From positions 1 through 38,301 of the IMG/VR virus record IMGVR_UViG_3300023256_000014: a DNA stretch of 38,301 bases; one strand, written 5' to 3'. Source of the DNA: a virus (taxonomy: Duplodnaviria > Caudoviricetes). The notes under the pieces are model-generated. The model was given only the letters and a program-made list of their open reading frames with translations. It had not been told where the DNA came from and ran no database searches. Every line of letters starts with the position of its first letter. The first letter of the stretch is position 1. The translations under genes and the position numbers were made by a program. Below are positions 30,511 to 38,301 of the stretch, piece after piece.

Positions 30511-33500
30511 CTATTTTAATTGTAATCCTTCTATTTCTAATAACTCATCAACAACACGTTCCTCTAAAGGTTTCGTTTCCTTACCACCTTGAATTCCGTC
30601 TTCCGTACCCTTAATAGTTTTCGTTGTATCTATCGCTCTTTTCTTTTCTTCAGTATCAATTTTATGTACAAATGTAAATCCAGTTATAAGAGCAACATTC
30701 TTAATTCATTTTCTCCAAGCATTGTACGCCTTTGTGCCTTTCCAGTCTACGCAACTTGTTGGAGTTGCTTTGCCTGGCACGCCTGCTGGGAAGAACGTAT
30801 TTGCAATCGCATCCCCATAATCATCAGAATTCTTATAATTTTTGGCAACACCAGTTACTAAATAATCAATTATTTTCATACCGCCCTTCTCTGCTACCTT
30901 TTTTACTTCTTTGGAATAATGCCTATAATTGACATACCAAGTTGCGGGGCCATCATCTGCATCGGTTCCATTAATTGGGCTTGCCGTTACTTCTTTTAAC
31001 AATTCCTTGCCTTCGCCTAAATCATCTAAAAATGTATCCATTAATCCAACAGCGTCTTCTTTAAATAAATAGTCATTAATTATATTTTTTATCTGATTTT
31101 CGCTCAATTTATTGCTTTCTTGAAATTTATATTTAGTCATTAACCATTTATACTCAGCAGTTGTCATTCCTTTGGGAAGTTTTAACGTTTTTATTCAAGC
31201 TGGGTCGCTTGAAAACTCTCTTCTACCTTTAATATGTGCTAGTTTTTTTAATAACGGTGCGCTCTCACTTTTTTTAAATGAAGATAGTGGAACTAATTTT
31301 GCGTCTGGATGATCACCCAAGCCGCTAGACCCTAACGTGCCTGAAATAGATTTGCTGTATATTTCAATTTGCCAAGATTTGTCTTTCTCAAAATCTATTT
31401 TAAGTTTTGCACCAACTAATCTAAGCATATCTCACAACTCATCCTTTGTTTTTGGATAATTTCAAAATGATATTACTTTATGTTTTCTTCAAATGCGACC
31501 ACCGTACTTATACGATCGATCATGTGGCTTACCTGGTTTCGAAACCCATACGGTTCAATTTTGCAAACCATTTCCATCAATACCAAACGAAATTGTTTCT
31601 GACGTTCCGGAATGTAATATACCACCTTTATATTTAACTTCATCAGGATGTTCTATTAATGTGAATTTATCTAATTCTTTATCTGATATTTCTAATGCTT
31701 CTTGGAATTTATATTTAGTCATTAAGTATTTTGCTTCTGCGGTACTCATACCTTTAGGAAGTTTTGTGTTCTTAGACCACCCGCCACCACCTTTTTTAAA
31801 TAATGGCGATAGTATGTGCAATTTCGCTAATTCTGATTTTGTTCTTTTACTACTTCCTGCATAATCTTTTGTTGGAATCAAGACGCCATATTTATTTCAA
31901 TGTATATCATCAAATATTCCAGGTTTGCCGTTTGGCAATGGAAGTATTTCAACCTCCCAATCTTTGCCTAATATATTTTTTTTAATATATTTATGGTTGC
32001 CTAATTCTTTCATTAATTTATTAAATTTGTTTATTGGTGGGTATTTCCAAAATGAAATGACTTTTTTATTTATTCATATACGGCCGGAATAGGCCATAGC
32101 AACCCTACCATCTTTGGAGTCCGGCGTCAAATCATCGTGGCTTTCACTTCTGCCTTTGCCAACAAGTAATTCGCCATAAAGTCATCCAAAAGCTCTTCCG
32201 TCTGAATCTGTAAACGAGGCTTGGTTAGTTACATAATCTGGGTTTTCATTTAATACAATCTCACTTAATTCTTCATCTGATACTTCAAATCCTTCTTGAT
32301 ATTTATATTTTGTTCTAAGCCAATTGTATTCTGCTTGAGACATTCCTTTGGGAAGTTTCTTTGTGCTTACAGGCTTGCCAATAACTAACTTTTTTAATTC
32401 TGGGTCTAAATGAATTTTTCGTCTTGCTTTGGCACTTCATTTTTTTTCATAATACTCATTTTCTCTTCCAAAATATTCTAATGGAATTAAATTAGGTTTG
32501 TCGCCTTCTCATGTAGGTAATTCAATCTTTCATCCATTATTTCATATTTTAATTCCACGATTTTTTTCTAAATCTTTAATTAATTTTGGTAATAATTTTT
32601 CACTTGGGTAATCTCAGAATGAAATTATTTTTGTTTTAATTCACATTCTGCCAGAAGATGAATAATTGTCCCGAGTAATTTTTTTCTTTGGGTATTGTGC
32701 TTTTAAACCTAATCATCCCTTGCCATTTCACGAAGTATCTCCGTAATCATGGTTGCTCCCGGCTTGCCCTATCCAAAGAAATCCATGATTAATTGACCAT
32801 CCGAATGGATAAGCCTCAGTTGTTTTCCAATTAACTGAAGGCGTACCGCTTGTTGATTTTATCTCATCAGGTGTTTCTTTCAATACACTTTCTTGAAATT
32901 TATATTTAGTCATTAGGTATCTTGCTTCTACTTCACTCATTCCTTTTGGTAATTTCATATGTTTTAAAGCTTTAGGGTTTATAGTGCCTTTTTTAAACAA
33001 AGGTGACAGCGTATGCAATTTTGATAACTCTTTTGTTGTTCTCGCATTGCTACCAGTATAATCTTTTGTTGGAATTAATATAATATTCTTATTTCTGTTT
33101 GTCCAGTCACCATCATATTGTATTGGTTTGCCATCTTTTCCTGGAACTATTTCAATTTTTCAATCTTTACCAAGTAAATTTTGCTTAACATACTTGTGGT
33201 TGCCTAATTGTTTCATTAATTTAACATACTTACTTTGGTCTGGATATGACCAAAATGAAATCACTTTTCTTTTAAGCCAAAGACGACCTGCATAGGTATA
33301 ATCTTCTCTATATAAATGAGTATGCATGGTAAACCCATCCTGAACTTCATCTGGCAAATAATTTCGTAAATGACTGTGAAATGTGTCACCATCTGGACCA
33401 ACTGACAAATAACCATTATATCATCCAAATGACCTTGCGTCATTACTATTCCATTTTAGCTCTTTTTCTTCAGCATTCATTCTGTCGGGGTTTTCGGTTA

Positions 33501-34173
33501 TTATATCTTCAGTATATTTGTATCTTGTTTTCTTAGCATTATATTCGGCATCGGACATTCCTTTCGACAATTTTCTATTTCTTTTCCATATAGTGTTGCC
33601 AGTTTTAAGTAAAGGAGATAACATATGTTGCTTTGCTTTGTCTGACATCTTTCTTTCATCGCCCCTTATATAATCATTAATCGGCACAATTAGGTTGCCA
33701 GAATAATCATATTTTCAATTTGGCTTTACTTGGCTTGGTTTAACTTTGTATTTATTAATCTCAATCATCCATGTATTATCTATGTGAATATCTTTTTGTT
33801 TGTTTAAGTCTTTGATAAGTTGCTTAAATTTACTTTTATCGGGATATACTCATAATGATATAATTTTACTATTCTTCCATAATCTACCTGGGCAATTGTC
33901 GGCAGTTCTTCCACCAAAATTTAAGAAAATTGTTGGGAAATCTGCATCGTTTTGCGTAATGTATTTATCAAGTATGTCTGTATGTGTTTCGAAATCATTT
34001 GAAATATATAATACTTTATCAATATACATAAATGCTACCGCATCCTTGCTAGTTCACGTAAGCCTTTTCCCGTCAATTAATTTTACAACATCTGGGTCCT
34101 CAGTTAATAATGCACTTACATCTTCTGACAATTCATTTAATATATTATCTGTTAATTTATTTATGGTCTTCAT
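30511..34173 (-). CDS. 1220-aa protein with five tandem ~200-aa repeats plus a distinct C-terminal domain
   Basis: Seven-segment single frame with 22 TGAs and no TAA/TAG; repeats start at 34098, 33492, 32874, 32244, 31650. Confidence 0.88.
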
Positions 34174-34219
34174 TTAATACTCACACCTTCCTAATATCTG
34201 GGAAATTACTTTTCCCGTA

Positions 34220-35317
34220 TTATATTTTTCCTCTACCAATTTTTCATCCAATGTTTGAATGTCTTTTATATTCATACTCATAAATCATTTTTCTTTTTTT
34301 GTCTAAAGGATTATGAATATGTATTTTTTTATATTTATCTTTACCAATTCCCAATTTTCAACCATTTGATTTATATTCATTTCATTCATTTTCTTTAATT
34401 GTTTTTCGCAAACCTACCTTGTCATTGTATATATTAATTTTTTTGAAATATCTTCCCAAAGCTCAATTTTTATTTTTTGAATATTTGTTTTTTCATTCAT
34501 ATTCGTATACCATTTTTTTCTGTAATGTTTCTTTATTGAAAATATGAATTCTATCCAATACAATAGGCTTATATTTATTTTTATAGCCTTTGTCTGTAAT
34601 TTTTATTCTAAATTTATTTCCATTGTCATCAATAACTAATGCTGTTCCTATCAATTTTTTTCTTCTCTTTTCTATGCTTTCTTTCGATGGATTTCGAGAA
34701 TAATTTATAAATCTTTTAACTTCACCGCTTTTTAGTCTTTCATCGTTTACTTTCATTAAAAAGGTATTTCCATTTTTATCTTTTACAGGAACTTTGCCCT
34801 TTCTAACTTTAGATAAATTTTCTTTTCACTCTTTAGTAAATTTTATTTTTCTTCCCTGGTTACTAATTGAAATTTTTCTTTTAGTTTCTTTTGAAAGTTT
34901 TTTGCCTTTATTTATATGTTCTCATTCATTAGAAATCACTTTTTTATGTTTAGTAGAAACATAATGCCTATTTCCGGACTTATCTATATAACAACCCTTA
35001 CCTGCATTATGTTTTCATCCACCTCATCCGCCATCGCAAATATTATAAGTGTCATTTCTTTTAATAAAATTTTCAGTAACAATTATAGATTCATATTCAT
35101 ATGCCTCATTTGCCATTTCAAAAAATTTATCAATTTTAAGAATAAAATTTTCATTTCCATATTTTTTTATAGCCCTTTGTAATAACTTTCCTGAGCCAAT
35201 ATATCCATCACTTAAATTATTAGTGCTATGAACGCCATAATATATTTTATTATTAATGAGATTTGTTGTATAATATGTAAAATGATATTTTTTCTTATTT
35301 TTACATTTAGTAGCCAT
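34220..35317 (-). CDS. GIY-YIG homing endonuclease (365 aa)
   Basis: YYTTNLINNKIYYGVHST..GYIGSG, NUMOD3-like KGKKLSKETKRKIS, repeated G(W)KxG tails; nine TGAs. Confidence 0.85.
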
Positions 35318-35340
35318 TTATATTTTCTCCAAATTTATTT

Positions 35341-35733
35341 TTATAATTCTAAATATTTATTATTACTATTATCTATATTTCAAACTTTAATTATATTAGG
35401 AAAATTTTTTTTCCCATATATGTCATGAAATTTTCTATGACACTTTGCGCAAAGTGTAATTGAATTCATCATCTCAAATCTTCATTTCTTATGTTTCTTA
35501 AATCCTAAAATATGATGGGCGTTTATTCTACCACCACGCTTACCACACTTTTGACATGTCGCTTTATCACGTATAAATATAGCCTTACGCCACTGCTTAT
35601 ACTTTTCCGAATGACGCTGTATAATGGCCTCATCAACAATTTTATGTTTGATGATTTTATTTTTTAGAGCAAACTTTCCGTTAGCGTTTTTTCCTTCCCT
35701 AAGAATTTTCCCTATTTTCTCAAACACTTCCAT
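35341..35733 (-). CDS. HNH endonuclease
   Basis: WRKAIFIRDKATCQKCG..HHI..NSITLCAKCHRKFH; two TGAs. Confidence 0.85.
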
Positions 35734-35739
35734 TTGTCA

Positions 35740-36897
35740 TTACTTATCTGCGCCAATGTCTACTTTGTATTTCTTCGCATTTTTTATCCATTGTTTTGCA
35801 ATTGAATTTTTTACTGGCGATCCCGCTCATTTATTAATTGCTTTATGAGCGTTAGCCGGTAATTCTAATTTACCACTTTCCATTTTTGCATTATTTTCAA
35901 CTTCTAAAAAATTTGCGCCAAATAAATTCTTAAAATATCCTAAGTTTTCTTGCACTTGATGCCACATGTCATTCACCATAGCGTGTTTAAGTTTTCTTTT
36001 CCTCAATAGATTACGTTCTAATGCTTTTTCTAAAGTTGTATTTACAAAAACCATATGTGTATCATATCCCATTTCTTCTAATTGGGTTTTAAGTCCTAAA
36101 ACCCTTTGCCTGTTTCTTGCTGTAATATCAATAAGCATGCCAATCCTGCCATCTAAATAATGTTTGTATCTTATTGCGGCCTTTAACTTTGCCCTGCTAT
36201 AAATTGATTCGGGATTTTCAGTTGCATAAATTTGTCAATTTTCTTCATCGTTAAGTGATGTTAAATCGGCACTTATTCCAGCCTTTTTAAGCATATGTTC
36301 AAATTCTCTATCTGAATTAAATACTTTTAATCCATGGGGGGAGAATGAAAGTTTTCTTGGTATTCCAAAAAGTTCGCCTGCTACGGTAGTTTTTCCCGAG
36401 TTATGAACATTTATTTCTGACTTGCCAACAAAATAATTATGATTATTTGATACTTTCAAATCATAAACATATTTCTTATTATAATTTGTAATTCTATTAA
36501 CAGATTTTACTTTTGCACTATTTTTTGTATATAGCAATATATCACTCTTTTCTGTTAAATTTTGTGCCTCAATCCAAGAGCCATCTTTTAATTTAATCTT
36601 ATGGTCTGGTGTGCAAACAATTTTTTCATTATTTTCAAGTATAATTTCAATCATTTCGTTTTTTGCAAAATAAGAAAATATCTTTTCAACCCTTTCCAAT
36701 ACTCTATTGTTATTATTGTCGATTGTTCATATTGAGTCTCCACACTTTACATCTAATATTTTTTTATATCCAATATCAGTTTTAATAAGCGTATCTTCAT
36801 CAAAACAACCAGGTCCGCCGCCCATAAATATTGCCTTAAAAATGCCTGGGTCATTCACGCCTTCTGTTATCAATGGCAAAAATTCTACTAATCTCAT
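35740..36897 (-). CDS. P-loop kinase (zeta/AAA_33-like) with intein
   Basis: LITEGVNDPGIFKAIFMGGGPG|intein|SGKT, NSD, MLIDIT, MVFVNT..ALERN..R; three TGAs. Confidence 0.85.
36400..36807 (-). mobile_element. Mini-intein (136 aa) in the Walker A loop
   Basis: GPG|CFDEDTLI...CTPDH...VYDLKVSNNHNYFV..INVHN|SGKT. Confidence 0.92.
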
Positions 36898-36899
36898 TA

Positions 36900-37214
36900 T
36901 TATGCTCCTTTACCAAATACTTTTTTAATTGTTAATAATATTATTAAAAATGATTGAGTAATACCAACCATCCAGGAAATTGTTCCTTTCCAATCAAATT
37001 CTTTTTTTACTTCAAAACTTTCTTCGGCTATTTCTGGCGAACTATCACTTGTCATAACTGACATTACTGATTGCTCTTTCTCAATTGTTAATGCATTAAT
37101 AAGCGATGGACCCCATAGTGCTGTAAGTAAAATAAATCCTAAAAGTACAATCCCAATAAATATTTTACCTGTAGATTTGGTAACTTTCTTATCTACTATT
37201 TCTGCAAATTGCAT
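36900..37214 (-). CDS. 2-TM membrane protein next to the endolysin
   Basis: IFIGIVLLGFILLTALW and ISWMVGITQSFLIILLTI; AGGAG RBS. Confidence 0.7.
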   Translation of the reverse strand: MQFAEIVDKKVTKSTGKIFIGIVLLGFILLTALWGPSLINALTIEKEQSVMSVMTSDSSPEIAEESFEVKKEFDWKGTISWMVGITQSFLIILLTIKKVFGKGA

Positions 37215-37224
37215 ATTCTATCTC

Positions 37225-37791
37225 CTAAAATTCGGACTCCAATTTCATCTTACCCACTTCATCTTTTGTAAGTAATCTTCATTTACTTTTTTTAATTAAT
37301 CCAGATTTAACTTTTTTAACACTTAATATTTCATTTCTATTTATGCCAAATGGAGTATATGATATGTGAATTCAAGCACCATATTCTCAAATACATTGGT
37401 CAAATTCTAATCCACTTTTGCAAACAATTCATTTGAACGCATCAAACAATGACGCTCCCCATATATTGAAATCTGCGGCCTGTCCTTTCATATGTTGTGA
37501 TTTCTTGGCACTTCCACCAATTGCTTTATTTAATCTTAAACTTCTAAATCCACTTGAAACCATTAGTAAGGCTTTCTCATATATATCTTTACGAACACCT
37601 GAGCGAATTGGTTCTAATAAATTAATACATAATGATTTCATATTTTTAACTTGCTCTTCATTTGGAATATTTTGAATACCCTTTCTTGATGCTGTTTGGC
37701 TATCTAAAAATTCCTTTAATGTAAAATGTGCTGATAGTTTGCTATAAATTGACATTCCTAACACTTTTAATTTACCCATTTTTACTTTCAT
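37225..37791 (-). CDS. Peptidase M15 family endolysin (188 aa)
   Basis: LSAHFTLKEF, SSGFRS..LN..IGG, SQHMKGQAAD, FDQCI(W)EYGA(W)IHIS; four TGAs. Confidence 0.88.
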
Positions 37792-37818
37792 ACTAAACTC
37801 CTAATAACTTATTCTATC

Positions 37819-37827
37819 TATAAATAT
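37819..37827 (-). promoter_or_regulatory. Candidate late promoter ATATTTATA
   Basis: About 28 nt upstream of the endolysin ATG. Confidence 0.5.
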
Positions 37828-37924
37828 CATTATTTGATAAAATTTTTCATAAATTTTGAAAGTTACTACTTATATATTGATTTGTTAAATTACTCATTTA
37901 TATTCCGCACTCATAGTATTTGAT

Positions 37925-38301
37925 TTATACCCCCCAATCATAGTATTTAATTGATACTCAAGCGTAATTGATTCCAGATGTTTTCATACATATTTGTAAT
38001 TGCGACGTTCCCGCCGCAACATCTCCTGTTTCTCAATATCTTAATGTCCCTGCATTATCTGCATTAGCAGTGGCTGTGACATCTAATGTTCCTATTTGCA
38101 TTGCGGTATTAATTTTCAAACTGCCACTTGGTGTATTTGACATTGTTACTGCACCAATATGTACTGAGCTTGAATTTGTATAAATACTATCGCAATACAT
38201 ATCGCCTGATGCAGATATAGTTCCGTCAATAAATGTATCACCATTAACATATAATTTTTCGGTTCCAGGCCAAAGAGTATCGCCATCATCTATTGACACT
38301 T
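37925..38301 (-). CDS. C-terminus of a probable virion fibre/structural protein (5' partial)
   Basis: LYVNGD..GTISASGD beta-repeats; GTLRY(W)..ICMKTSGINYA(W)V; ends TAA at 37925. Confidence 0.6.

Noticed and set aside
34174-35340. Group I intron around the GIY-YIG gene
   Set aside because: Flanking genes are complete and the spacers are too short for a ribozyme core; treated as free-standing.
37830-37950. Direct repeat TCATAGTATTT (37911, 37938) and possible tRNA/ncRNA in the gap
   Set aside because: Short, AT-rich and partly coding; I found no cloverleaf or T-loop motif here or in other gaps, so no suppressor tRNA is called in this window.
10071-38183. Numerous + strand ORFs of 60-150 aa in the track
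   Set aside because: Antisense to well-supported - strand genes, F/L/S/I-rich as expected from reversed K/E codons, lacking RBS.

Overview
AT-rich segment of a large T4-like (jumbo-type) phage genome covering the head/neck/packaging module, almost all on the - strand: gp14- and gp13-like neck genes, major capsid (gp23), acidic scaffold (gp22-like), ribosomal protein bS21, prohead protease (gp21), intein-containing portal (gp20), large terminase (gp17), membrane/lysis genes, two P-loop kinases (one with an intein), HNH and GIY-YIG endonucleases and an M15 endolysin. The supplied ORF track is fragmented because TGA is read as Trp (code 4): conserved Trp positions are TGA, TGA and TGG alternate at equivalent positions in internal repeats, and every gene ends in TAA/TAG once TGA is read through. 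Coordinates below use code 4 and were translated by hand; family calls are motif recognition, not database hits. The most striking system is about 25 copies of an N-terminal leader, MKKSE(I/V/L)RxMI(K/R)EE..(L/I)xE, fused to unrelated small payloads and interleaved with the head genes, plus polyproteins punctuated by (L/I)xE sites, including a 1220-aa protein with five ~200-aa paralogous units. I infer a modular capsid-targeting, protease-released cargo system whose cassettes show traces of recent shuffling. A small + strand island with duplicated sigma70-type promoters uses only TGG for Trp.
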